Assembly (NCBI GenBank): GCA_963422745.1
Contig: OY730477.1
Coordinates: forward strand, 759,734-823,733
Direction: 5' to 3'
Source: Acidimicrobiales bacterium
GTDB lineage: Bacteria; Actinomycetota; Acidimicrobiia; Acidimicrobiales; Aldehydirespiratoraceae
DNA length: 64,000 bases
The translations under genes and the position numbers were made by a program. Within the stretch, counting starts at the first letter, position 1. Each line of letters begins with the position of its first letter. The notes under the pieces were generated by a model. The model did no database searches, had not been told where the DNA came from, and saw nothing but the letters and a program-made list of their open reading frames with translations. Shown here one piece after another: positions 27,695-36,861 of this stretch.

Positions 27695-27779
27695 AGGTTC
27701 CGCCCTGGAAGTCACCGTCCACGGTCGCAAGGTCCGCTACGCCAACGGCGGAAGGCACCACGATCCGCGCCTGCCCGCA

Positions 27780-28508
27780 ATGGTGTTAGTGCACGGCGCA
27801 GGCATGAACCGTTCGGTCTGGCAGCTCCAGACGCGGTTCTTTGCACATCACGGCTACCGAGTAGCCGCCGTTGACCTGCCCGGACACGGCCGATCCGATG
27901 GCCCAGCGCTGGACTCCATGTCTGCTCTTGGGGCCTGGGTCGGTGACGTGATCAAAGCACTGGACCTTAGCCCTGCCCACGTGATCGGCCATTCGATGGG
28001 CACCTACGTGGCCTTAGAAGCCGCTGCCGGGCACAGCAAACACATCCGCTCGCTGGTATTGATCGGCACGGCCGCGGCGATGCCAGTGCACCCTGAACTC
28101 CTTCACGCTGCAGCTAGAGACGTTGAACACGCCAGCCGGTTGATGTCATCGTGGGGTTTCGGGCCCAGGGCCCACATCGGCCGTCACGCCGCACCCGGGA
28201 TGTGGCTCATCGGTGGCTCGACTGCTCTGCTTGATACGTCACGCCCGGATTCGCTCGGGGTCGATTTGGCGATGTGCAATGCCTACAACGGGGCCACGTC
28301 AGCGGCTGCAGAGGTGTCGTGTCCGGTCTCATTCGTTCTCGGCTCGCTCGACAAGATGACCCCCGTTAGGCGTGCCGCGGCGCTGATTGAAGCCTGCAGC
28401 GATTCTCATGTGGTCACCGTGCAGGGAGTAGGCCATATGATTCCGATCGAAGCGCCGGATGCCACCCGCGATTCGATCCTCAACGCGTTGCGCCCGTTCG
28501 AGCACTAG
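27780..28508 (+). CDS. Alpha/beta-fold hydrolase (start uncertain; the coding signal seems to extend upstream to about 27705)
   Basis: VLVHGAGMNRSVW, nucleophile elbow GHSMG, and a late GHM.P His. Confidence 0.7.
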   Translation: MVLVHGAGMNRSVWQLQTRFFAHHGYRVAAVDLPGHGRSDGPALDSMSALGAWVGDVIKALDLSPAHVIGHSMGTYVALEAAAGHSKHIRSLVLIGTAAAMPVHPELLHAAARDVEHASRLMSSWGFGPRAHIGRHAAPGMWLIGGSTALLDTSRPDSLGVDLAMCNAYNGATSAAAEVSCPVSFVLGSLDKMTPVRRAAALIEACSDSHVVTVQGVGHMIPIEAPDATRDSILNALRPFEH

Positions 28509-28559
28509 ACCCGCCTGTTTGAAAATTAGACCCTAGAGCGAACCTCAGGTACTAACGGC

Positions 28560-29531
28560 TCAGGTCAGGTGGTCGACCAGACCCCATTCACAGGCAGTGG
28601 TGGCGTCGAGTTCGAGGTCCAGCAGAAACCACTTGAGGGTCCGCTGACGGCCGATGCGGTTCGTGATGCTGACCGTGCCCCCGGCACCGGGTATCAGGCC
28701 CATGGCGAGCTCGGGTAGCCGGAATCGTGCACGCGGACCCGCTTGGACGGTTCCGCAGAATGCCGCTAGCTCAATCCCCGCGCCAACGGCTGGGCCGTCA
28801 ATTGTGACGGTGACCCGATCCGCGACCGAGGCCAGTAGTGGCGCAACGTTGGCCGAGGAACGGATGAGGTGAGCTTGGGCAGGGTCGGGTACCCGGCCGA
28901 ACTCGGCTGGATCACCGCCAGCGCAGAAGCTAGGCCCATTGGCCCGCCATCGGATGGTGCGCTTTGTGGCTGCGATAGTGCGGAACGCTTCACTGAGCTG
29001 GTCCCGCATCGCCGTGTCACAGAGATTGTGCAAACGGGGACGGTCAAGCACGACTTCGATGTGGTCGACGCGGTCAACCAGCAGCACGCGGGGCGCGCTG
29101 AGGTCGCGTCGTACCCGCCGTGGCTGCGCGGCCAGCCAGGCCTGATGTTCCTCACCGGCCTGGAGGACGGCGTAAGCCAGCGACTCAACCAACAGCGCAT
29201 CGGAGACCGAGTACCGCTCGACGACTCGCAGGATCTGCGCGGCCGTAACGGCGGCGATCGGGTGCGACAGCACCGCGGACAGGATCGGTTCGGGATCGTC
29301 GGAGACCACGTCGAACCCGTCGCCAGCAGGGTCTCGGGTGCCGGTAGCGACGGATACGACGGGCAGGGCGGCGAGGCGTTTGGCCATGAGTGTTGCTGGC
29401 TTGCCAGCTACCTCATTGAGCCCATCCACCACCACGACCGGAACGTCGACTGCGCAGCCGACCTGCAGCTCAAGGTCCGGGCTGTGCACTGCGGCGAGTG
29501 CCTCATCCAGCGTCCATACGATGGCGTCCAT
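28560..29531 (-). CDS. Enoyl-CoA hydratase/isomerase (crotonase) family protein with an N-terminal extension
   Basis: FCAGGDPAEFG, GPAVGAGIELAAF and PELAMGLIPGAGGT. The ATG at 29531 was chosen because it lies 4 nt after the stop of the upstream ligase gene. Confidence 0.7.
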   Translation of the reverse strand: MDAIVWTLDEALAAVHSPDLELQVGCAVDVPVVVVDGLNEVAGKPATLMAKRLAALPVVSVATGTRDPAGDGFDVVSDDPEPILSAVLSHPIAAVTAAQILRVVERYSVSDALLVESLAYAVLQAGEEHQAWLAAQPRRVRRDLSAPRVLLVDRVDHIEVVLDRPRLHNLCDTAMRDQLSEAFRTIAATKRTIRWRANGPSFCAGGDPAEFGRVPDPAQAHLIRSSANVAPLLASVADRVTVTIDGPAVGAGIELAAFCGTVQAGPRARFRLPELAMGLIPGAGGTVSITNRIGRQRTLKWFLLDLELDATTACEWGLVDHLT

Positions 29532-29535
29532 GGGG

Positions 29536-31128
29536 TCATCCGTCGTCGCCAAGCGAGGCGAACTGTTCGCGCAACACCCGGCGCAGGAGTTTGCCAGTCT
29601 CGCTGTAGGGAAGGGCGTCGACAAACACCACGTGTGCGGGCACCCGACTCGACCGGAGCTGGCCTCTCACCAGCTCTCTCAAAGCGTCTGACAGTCCGTC
29701 GAAGGTGCTGTCCGGCCCGCCGGACATCACCTTCCGGGACTCCGAGTAGGTGACGGTAGAGAGCTCGGAGTTCTCCGCCGTCACTGCGGCCGCAACGACG
29801 ACCAGCACCACCTGCTCTCCCCACTGGTTGCTGGGCACACCAATGGCCGCGGCGTCACGAACGCCCGGGTGTTCGAGCACCACGTTCTCAATCTCGCCCG
29901 GCGACATATTTTCGCCGCCGCGGATGATGACGTCGTCGCTGCGGCCGGTCACGAACAGGTAGCCGCCGGTATCGACCCAGCCACCATCTCGGGTACCGAA
30001 CCAGCCGTCGACGAGCAGCGAGCCCTCCTCGGTGTACTCGCCCGCGATCTGCTCGCCCCGCACATAGATCTCGCCCGGGGTGCCAGCCGGGAGGTCACGC
30101 CCGGAGCTGTCGCGGATCGCCACCTCAACCGCGGGGAGCGCCCGCCCGACGCTGGTCAGCCTGCGCTGGGAATCCGGATCGTCGCCGTACTGGGCCGCCC
30201 GGTGGTCGTCGGGGCCGAGCAGAGCGATGGTTGAGCTGGTCTCGGTGAGCCCGTAGGCGTTGACGAAGTTCGTAATTGGGAACAGCTCAAGCGCGCGTCG
30301 GATTACCGGTAGCGGCATTCTCCCGCCGCCGTAGGACAAGGTCTCAGGAGCGAGCATCTCGGTGCCCCCTCGGGCTTCAAGGGCTTCCACGATGCGGGCC
30401 ATCATGGTCGGAACGACCATGGCGTGGGTTATGCCCTCACACTTGACGGTGTCGATCCAGTTGAAGGGGTCGAAGCTCGGTAGCTGCACGATCCGGCGGC
30501 CAGCGTAGAGCGACGACAGCACGGCGGCCACACCGGCTATGTGGTATGGCGGCACGCTCACGATCGTCGCTTCGTCGAGACCAGCGCCCATGAACTCAAC
30601 CGAGCCGAGTATGTAGGACACCAAGTGCCGATGGCGTAGAACCGCCGACTTCGGCTCGCCGGTGGTTCCGCTCGTGAACAAGAGCACGGCGATGAGATCG
30701 GGGTCCGTGGACGAGGGAGGCTCAGGAGCCGTCTTGAGCGGTTCTTGTACTAAGTCCAAGAACCGGATCCGATCCATCACATCAATGCCAGCGATTCCGT
30801 CAAGGCGGGCGATGCTTGCAACATCGCCAATCGCCATTGCTGGTGCGGTGCGGGCCGCGAGGCGACGGAGGTCGCTGTCTGCGAGACGGTAGTTGAGCGG
30901 AACGTATGGCACGCCAGCCCACGCCGCACCGAAAAGGGCGATCGGCACTGCCGGGCTTGACTCGTCGCAGAGCACAACATGTGATGCCTGCGCTGAGCGG
31001 AAACGGGCTGCCGCGGCACCGGCAGCCTCATGGAGCTGCCTGTAGGTGAATCCGTCGTGGCGAGAACCGACGGCGACGCGGTTGGTCTGAGCGTCGGCAG
31101 CCATCTCTAACAACGTCATCAGATTCAT
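29536..31128 (-). CDS. AMP-dependent acyl-CoA synthetase/ligase
   Basis: LLFTSGTTGEPK, YGLTET and GWFGTRDGGW.. motifs. Confidence 0.85.
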   Translation of the reverse strand: MNLMTLLEMAADAQTNRVAVGSRHDGFTYRQLHEAAGAAAARFRSAQASHVVLCDESSPAVPIALFGAAWAGVPYVPLNYRLADSDLRRLAARTAPAMAIGDVASIARLDGIAGIDVMDRIRFLDLVQEPLKTAPEPPSSTDPDLIAVLLFTSGTTGEPKSAVLRHRHLVSYILGSVEFMGAGLDEATIVSVPPYHIAGVAAVLSSLYAGRRIVQLPSFDPFNWIDTVKCEGITHAMVVPTMMARIVEALEARGGTEMLAPETLSYGGGRMPLPVIRRALELFPITNFVNAYGLTETSSTIALLGPDDHRAAQYGDDPDSQRRLTSVGRALPAVEVAIRDSSGRDLPAGTPGEIYVRGEQIAGEYTEEGSLLVDGWFGTRDGGWVDTGGYLFVTGRSDDVIIRGGENMSPGEIENVVLEHPGVRDAAAIGVPSNQWGEQVVLVVVAAAVTAENSELSTVTYSESRKVMSGGPDSTFDGLSDALRELVRGQLRSSRVPAHVVFVDALPYSETGKLLRRVLREQFASLGDDG

Positions 31129-31163
31129 GGCAGAACCGTCGGTAGCATTACCCGCAGGTGTGG

Positions 31164-31469
31164 TCAGTCAGAGGCGGGTAGCGTCTTGGCTTGGGCCATC
31201 TCGAGTCGCTCGCCGGCGATCGCCATGGAGCCATCGCCGGACTTGGTGACCAGCACTTCCACTGTCGCATCGGCATTCGTGTAGCGCTTACCAATTTGGG
31301 AACCGTCGGCCGCGCCAAGCGACGGGGTGCCGTCAATCGATGAGGTGCCGACAGCAACCATAGGGGCTCCGCCGCAGGTCAAGTCGACCTCGGTAGATCC
31401 CCTCACCACGATCAGCTCGGTGGTGCAGACGGTGCTCTGGAACCGAGCTCCTGGGGTGAGTGCGGCCAT
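31164..31469 (-). CDS. Small conserved-looking hypothetical protein (101 aa) with two degenerate zinc-ribbon-like half repeats
   Basis: AGGAGG lies 5 nt before the ATG at 31469. FQSTVCTTELIVVRGSTEVDLTCGGAPM and GKRYTNADATVEVLVTKSGDGSMAIAGERLEM look like a duplicated motif. The remainder of the 370-aa ORF upstream is read-through of a 36-bp repeat. Confidence 0.45.
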   Translation of the reverse strand: MAALTPGARFQSTVCTTELIVVRGSTEVDLTCGGAPMVAVGTSSIDGTPSLGAADGSQIGKRYTNADATVEVLVTKSGDGSMAIAGERLEMAQAKTLPASD

Positions 31470-31539
31470 TGGTCCTCCTGACGCAGTGGTCGGGCATACG
31501 GTTAGCGCTAGCAGCCGAGTCTTGCCGCAGACGGCCAGC

Positions 31540-31850
31540 GAAGCAAAGCAACGCCTCGTGGGTTTGGTGGTTGTTGAGGAGAGGTAGGGCTTCGTGGGTT
31601 GTTGGTCGGTGAGGCATAGCAACGTCTCGTGGGTTTGTTGGTCGGTGAGGCATAGCAACGTCTCGTGGGTTTGTTGGTCGGTGAGGCATAGCAACGTCTC
31701 GTGGTTGTTGGTTGTTGAGGCATAGCAACGTCTCGTGGGTTTGTTGGTTGTTGAGGCATAGCAACGCCTGGGTTTGTTGGTCGGTGAGGTGAGGTAGGGC
31801 TTGGTGGGTTTGGTGGTCGGTGAGGCGAAACAACGTCCCACTGGTTGGTG
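31540..31850. repeat. Intergenic tandem repeat, 36-bp unit x about 8 (outer units degenerate)
   Basis: gaggcatagcaacg recurs at 31611, 31647, 31683, 31717 and 31753, with degenerate units on both sides. Confidence 0.85.
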
Positions 31851-31943
31851 GCCCGCGGGTGCGCCGGTTGCGGACGGTGCAGGGGCGCGTCTGGTGGCCA
31901 CCTTGACGAGACTTCGTCGTAGAATTGGGGCTGCGAGGCCATC

Positions 31944-33407
31944 GTGCAGGGCGCGTCTCGCGTTACTGTCGGCGGGTGCGGCCCCGCTACGAGTTGCGGC
32001 CATCGTGTCGGGCGCGCCTCGCGTTACGGTCGGCGTGTGCGGTCCGTCCAAGCCGATATCGCTGCTGATGTAGCTGCCTGGGCCAGCAGCGGCGCCATGG
32101 CGCTTACCGGCGAGTGTGACGGTCCGCCGAGACCGGAACCTGCTGCTGCTGCTAGTGCAGCCGCAGAGGCCGCAACCGCGCTGGGAACCGCGACGGCTCG
32201 TTGGGGACGACGCGTCGACGTTGACGGGCCAGCGATTCTTGGTGAACGGGCCGCGATTGCGGGCCTGGTACGGCATGGTTCGGTGTCGGTGGGAGGGTCT
32301 GCAACCTTCGTAGCCGTCGCTGACGGCTGGGTGGCGCTCAACCTTGGAAGGCCTTGCGACGTGGACGCGCTGCCAGCCCTGGTAGCCGCCGACATCAACG
32401 CCGCGGACTGGTTCACCGTGACCCGCGAACTAGCGCAGATGCCAACGGCTGTTGTGTTGGAGCGCGCAAGACTCTTGGGCCTCGCCGCGGCTTCACCGCC
32501 ACCTCTGAAACGGCGAGGTTGGCGCGCCCCCGCCTCCGAAACGTCGTCCGGGATGCCAGCGGCGTCGGTCCCGGGGTCGTCGTTAGCGCTTGCGCCTGAG
32601 CCTTGCCCGGCATTGCTGGGCAAGGGCGAGTGTCTGGGATCGGCTGTTGGCGAGATCCACCGCGGCGGAACCCGTCGCCGGGGTGCCCGCCCACTGGTTA
32701 TCGACATGACGTCGCTTTGGGCTGGCCCGCTCGCGGGTTCGCTGCTGGTCGCCGCTGGGGCTCGAGTGATCAAAGTTGAGGGAGTCAACCGGGCCGACGG
32801 CGCCCGGCGCGGACCCCGTCAGTTCTTCGACCTCCTCAACGCAGGCAAGGAATGCTTTGCCGTTGACTTCGACAGCCGACAAGGGAGAAGTCTCCTGGTG
32901 GCGCTGATCGCAGCCGCGGACTTGGTGTTGGAGGGTTCGCGTCCGAGGGTCATGGACCGCCTCGGAATTGACCCTGTCGCTGTCGCCGACGCTGGTATAT
33001 CTTGGCTGTCGATTAACGGACACGGACGTTACGGAGCTTGCGCGGAGCGGGTCGCGTTCGGTGACGACGCGGCAGTCGCCGGGGGACTGTTCGTTCACGC
33101 ACCAAGGCCCATGTTCGCGGCTGACGCCATAGCGGATCCGCTGACGGGACTCGTCGCAGCAGCAGCCGCGGCGGACATGCTTGCAAACGCCACAGCATCG
33201 GTAGCAGAGGTTCCACTCGCGCGGGTTGCTCACTGGGCAGCGGGTCCCGCCGCAACCAACCAAGTCATACGATCCGGCTCCGGATGGTCCGTGGTCGTAG
33301 GCGCAGAGCGAGTGCGGGTCGCGGAACCAAGGGCGCGCCCGCCAACGGGGCAAGCCTGCGCGCACGGCGCACACACCGAATCGATCGCATCAGCTGGCAT
33401 CGCCTGA
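31944..33407 (+). CDS. Family III (CaiB/BaiF) CoA-transferase-like protein with an approximately 240-aa N-terminal region of unclear origin; start uncertain
   Basis: LVIDMTSLWAGPLAGSLLVAAGARVIKVE, FDLLNAGKE, ADLVLEGSRP, GDDAAVAGGL. Confidence 0.6.
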   Translation: MQGASRVTVGGCGPATSCGHRVGRASRYGRRVRSVQADIAADVAAWASSGAMALTGECDGPPRPEPAAAASAAAEAATALGTATARWGRRVDVDGPAILGERAAIAGLVRHGSVSVGGSATFVAVADGWVALNLGRPCDVDALPALVAADINAADWFTVTRELAQMPTAVVLERARLLGLAAASPPPLKRRGWRAPASETSSGMPAASVPGSSLALAPEPCPALLGKGECLGSAVGEIHRGGTRRRGARPLVIDMTSLWAGPLAGSLLVAAGARVIKVEGVNRADGARRGPRQFFDLLNAGKECFAVDFDSRQGRSLLVALIAAADLVLEGSRPRVMDRLGIDPVAVADAGISWLSINGHGRYGACAERVAFGDDAAVAGGLFVHAPRPMFAADAIADPLTGLVAAAAAADMLANATASVAEVPLARVAHWAAGPAATNQVIRSGSGWSVVVGAERVRVAEPRARPPTGQACAHGAHTESIASAGIA

Positions 33408-33505
33408 CAAGAGGCCTGGGCCCGGTGGCATCGCTGGACAAGCGGCCTGACAACGCCTGAGTCCGGTACCCGGGGGCGCACCGCATCTGAGTACGATCCA
33501 AAATC

Positions 33506-35002
33506 ATGGCCGATACCGGCGACTGGTCCGCAACGCTTGACGACCTCAATGCCCGCAGGGGTTCGGCACAGGCCATGGGTGGTCTCAAGAAGCTCGCGGC
33601 CCGCCAGCTGGCAGGGCGTCTCAACGCCCGGGAGCGGATAGACACGCTGCTGGATCCAAGATCCTTCACAGAGATCGGAATCCTCGCCGGGGCGGTTCCC
33701 GCCGACGCACTCGTGGCTGGGGTTGGTCGGATCAATGAGCGTCCCGTAGCGGTCGGCGCTGAGGATTTCACCACCCTCGGTGGCTCGATCGGTCCCGCCG
33801 AGTCCCGCAAGCGCTGGCGCATAGCTGACATCGCCCGCCGCGAACGCATCCCCTTGGTGATGCTGCTTGAGGGCGCTGGCCACCGTCCGCCGATGCCGGG
33901 CGATCCAAGCGGTGGCGGCCCCGGTGACCTGCAAGCCCAGGGTCGGCTATCCGGGTACGTCCCGATGGTCTGCGCGGTGATGGGATCCTCAGCTGGGCAC
34001 GGCGCCATCACGGCCCCGTTGTGCGATTTCTCGTTGATGACACCCGACGCGGCCATTTTCACCGCCGGACCTCCCGTGGTGAAGGCGGCGCTCGGGGAGG
34101 ACATCAACAAAGCCGACCTTGGCGGGCCGTCGGTGGCGATATCTGGTGGTGTCATTCACAACCTCGCCGTGGACGACAAAGCAGTGCTCGCCGACATTGC
34201 CGCCTATCTGTCGTACTTCGGGTCATCGGCCTGGGAGCATCCACCGTTCCTTGACACGGGTGACCTTGAACCCCGCCCGCTTGACGACATTCTGAGCCTT
34301 ATTCCCCGAGACGGCGCTGCCGCCTACGACATGTGTCAACTGCTGAGCCGCCTCGTGGATACAGGCAGCTTCTTTCGCATCCAGCCCGATTTCGGCAAGT
34401 CGATTATCTGCGCCTTGGCACGCATCGGAGGAAGCGCCGTCGGGGTCGTCGCCAACCAGCCCGCAGTAATGGCAGGCGCGCTCGACGTTGACGCCGCCGA
34501 CAAGGCCGCCCACTTCATCGGCGTTTGCGACAGCTTTCATTTGCCGCTGGTGTTCCTTACCGACAATCCAGGCGTGCTCGCTGGCCGTGCAGCCGAGACA
34601 TCGGGTATTCTGCGCGCCGGGGCACGCATGTTCGCCGCGCAGACACGGGCCTCCACGGTGAAGATCCAGGTCACCATCCGCAAGGCCTACGGCTTCGGGT
34701 CATGCGTGATGGCAATGAATCCCTACGACAAGCAAACGATCAGTTACGGATTGCCGGGCGCAACAACCGGGGCCATGGGATCCGCAGGCGCAGCCAACGC
34801 GCTCGACGCCACCGCCGAGGACCGTATCCGGCTCGAACAGGCCGAGAACGAAAGCGCCTACCGCTCAGCGAGCGGTCTCAGCTTCGATGACCTGATCGAT
34901 CCCCGAGACTTGCGCAACGCGGTGCTCGCTGGCCTCAAGGTCTCCGAGCGTCGCCGGGCGCTGCCAGTGCAACCCGTTGCTCGGGTGGGTATCACCCCCT
35001 GA
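33506..35002 (+). CDS. Acyl-CoA carboxylase carboxyltransferase (beta) subunit family protein
   Basis: 498 aa with a two-lobed crotonase-like layout. FTTLGGSIGPAESRK.., GGPSV and FLTDNPGV.. motifs. Confidence 0.75.
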   Translation: MADTGDWSATLDDLNARRGSAQAMGGLKKLAARQLAGRLNARERIDTLLDPRSFTEIGILAGAVPADALVAGVGRINERPVAVGAEDFTTLGGSIGPAESRKRWRIADIARRERIPLVMLLEGAGHRPPMPGDPSGGGPGDLQAQGRLSGYVPMVCAVMGSSAGHGAITAPLCDFSLMTPDAAIFTAGPPVVKAALGEDINKADLGGPSVAISGGVIHNLAVDDKAVLADIAAYLSYFGSSAWEHPPFLDTGDLEPRPLDDILSLIPRDGAAAYDMCQLLSRLVDTGSFFRIQPDFGKSIICALARIGGSAVGVVANQPAVMAGALDVDAADKAAHFIGVCDSFHLPLVFLTDNPGVLAGRAAETSGILRAGARMFAAQTRASTVKIQVTIRKAYGFGSCVMAMNPYDKQTISYGLPGATTGAMGSAGAANALDATAEDRIRLEQAENESAYRSASGLSFDDLIDPRDLRNAVLAGLKVSERRRALPVQPVARVGITP

Positions 35003-35050
35003 CAGTCAAGTAGTGGTCTAGTCGAGTAGTGGTCTAAGTCGAGTAATGGT

Positions 35051-36319
35051 CTAAAGGGCGGCCACCACGTAGTCGAGGCACCTCGTGAGGGCCTCGGTGT
35101 CAGCCGGGTCGATCGCGGGGAACATCCCGATTCGCAGCTGGTTGCGACCGAGTTTGCGGTAGCCGTTGGTGTCGATGATGCCGTTGGAGCGCAATACGTC
35201 GCTGACGGTATCGGCGTTGAGGGAGTCGTCGAAGTCAATGGTGGCAACCGTTGGCGAACGCTGCGCCTTGTCGGCCACGAACGGTTCAGCGAAGTCCACT
35301 TCCTCGGCCCACCCGTACAGAATCTCAGCATTCGCACGACTCCTGCCAGCCGACCATGCCAGGCCCCCGTTGTTGTTGAACCAGTTGACCGTCTCAAGAG
35401 TCAACAACACCGTGGCCAGCGCTGGCGTGTTGTAGGTCTGATCTTTGCGGGAGTTCGCAACGGCCTGGGCGAGGTTGAGTGTTGGCGGTATCCAGCGGCC
35501 GGACGACGCGATCGTCTCGATCCGCTCGATGGCGGCTGGCGACAGCATGGCCATCCACACCCCCCCGTCAGACGCGAGGGCCTTTTGCGGCGCGAAGTAG
35601 TAGACGTCGGTGGCGCGCGGGTCAAACATCACCGCGCCTGCACCAGACGTGGCGTCAACGATCATAAGGTCGCCCGGGCCACCAACTCTCACCGGTTCCA
35701 GAACCACCCCAGTGGACGTCTCGTTGTGCGGGTAGCAGTAGGCGTCCACCCTTTGGCTCCCGGTGCTACCCGCAGACTCGCTAATCCCCGCCACACCGTC
35801 AATGTCAGTAGCGCCATCAATATCAGCAGCGCCGTTGATGGTCTCCAGCGGTGGGTGCGTGCCCATGGCGGATTCGGCAATAGACGGCGCCTCAAGGTGT
35901 GGGGCCATGGCGACGGCTTTGGCGAACTTTGAGCCGAACTCGCCGAAGCAAAGGTGGTGGCTGCGTCGGTTGATCAGGCTGAACGTGGCGCAGTCCCAGA
36001 ACACCGTGGATCCACCGTTGCCGAGGATGATCTCGTAGCCGTCGGGTGCACGCAGCAGCTCGGCCAGTCCTCGGCGAAGATCTGCGACCACGCTACGCAC
36101 CGTTGCTTGACGGTGCGACGTGCCGAGATAGTCGCAGGCCCGGTCAAGCAGGGATTGCACGGCCTGGGGTCGAACCTTGGTTGGTCCGCTGCCGAAACGG
36201 CCGTCGGCGGGCAACAGATCGGCCGGTATCACGATATTGGGGATATTCACGGCCACTAGCGTTGCAGCAACGGACCCGAACGCCACACCTGGATATGAAC
36301 CAAACTCGATGATCCTCAA
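35051..36319 (-). CDS. serC: Phosphoserine aminotransferase (actinobacterial type); start uncertain (the track start is a TTG)
   Basis: LLPADGRFGSGPTKVRP.. and YFAPQKALASDGG. It contains an in-frame 18-bp repeat insertion (35796..35846). Confidence 0.75.
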   Translation of the reverse strand: MRIIEFGSYPGVAFGSVAATLVAVNIPNIVIPADLLPADGRFGSGPTKVRPQAVQSLLDRACDYLGTSHRQATVRSVVADLRRGLAELLRAPDGYEIILGNGGSTVFWDCATFSLINRRSHHLCFGEFGSKFAKAVAMAPHLEAPSIAESAMGTHPPLETINGAADIDGATDIDGVAGISESAGSTGSQRVDAYCYPHNETSTGVVLEPVRVGGPGDLMIVDATSGAGAVMFDPRATDVYYFAPQKALASDGGVWMAMLSPAAIERIETIASSGRWIPPTLNLAQAVANSRKDQTYNTPALATVLLTLETVNWFNNNGGLAWSAGRSRANAEILYGWAEEVDFAEPFVADKAQRSPTVATIDFDDSLNADTVSDVLRSNGIIDTNGYRKLGRNQLRIGMFPAIDPADTEALTRCLDYVVAAL

Positions 36320-36858
36320 ACCGGCTATTTGTCACCAAAGGCAGCACTCGCCGCTTCGAAGCCATCGTAGATGCACGGTGTGCTCTCCGACCGGCTCCTG
36401 CTACTCAACAGCATTCGCCGGTTCGAAGCCATCGTAGATGCACGGTGTGCTCTCCGACCGGCTCCTGCTACTCAACAGCATTCGCCGGTTCGAAGCCATC
36501 GTAGATGCACGGTGTGCTCTCCGACCGGCTCCTGCTACTCAACAGCATTCGCCGGTTCGAAGCCATCGTAGATGCACGGTGTGCTCTCCGACCGGCTCCT
36601 GCTACTCAACAGCATTCGCCGGTTCGAAGCCATCGTAGATGCACGGTGTGCTCTCCGACCGGCTCCTGCTACTCAACAGCATTCGCCGGTTCGAAGCCAT
36701 CGTAGATGCACGGTGTGCTCTCCGACCGGCTCCTGCTACTCAACAGCATTCGCCGGTTCGAAGCCATCGTAGATGCACGGTGTGCTCTCCGACCGGCTCC
36801 TGCTACTCAACAGCATTCGCCGGTTCGAAGCCATCGTAGATGCACGGTGTACTCTCCG
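36320..36858. repeat. Tandem minisatellite: one diverged 70-bp unit + seven 67-bp units (near-perfect) filling the serC-aspC divergent intergenic region
   Basis: accggct recurs at 36320, 36390, then every 67 nt to 36792. The ORF track shows identical 66-aa ORFs at 36371, 36438, 36505, 36572 and 36639. Confidence 0.95.
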
Positions 36859-36861
36859 CAG

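Noticed and set aside
31470-32276. Upstream 269 codons of the 370-aa minus-strand ORF 31164..32276
   Set aside because: The sequence is low-complexity read-through of the 36-bp repeat and of the opposite strand of the CoA-transferase gene. A strong AGGAGG-ATG at 31469 marks the real start.
36371-36839. Ladder of identical 66-aa ORFs (36371, 36438, 36505, 36572, 36639) and the N-terminal 52 codons of ORF 36706..38058
   Set aside because: They are artefacts of the 67-bp repeat. Each ORF spans exactly 3 units (201 nt), cycling through all three frames until the unit's tag is in frame. The aspC homology starts only at 36862.
36320-36858. CRISPR array
   Set aside because: The repeats are directly contiguous with no unique spacers, the unit is 67 bp, and no cas genes are present in the window.
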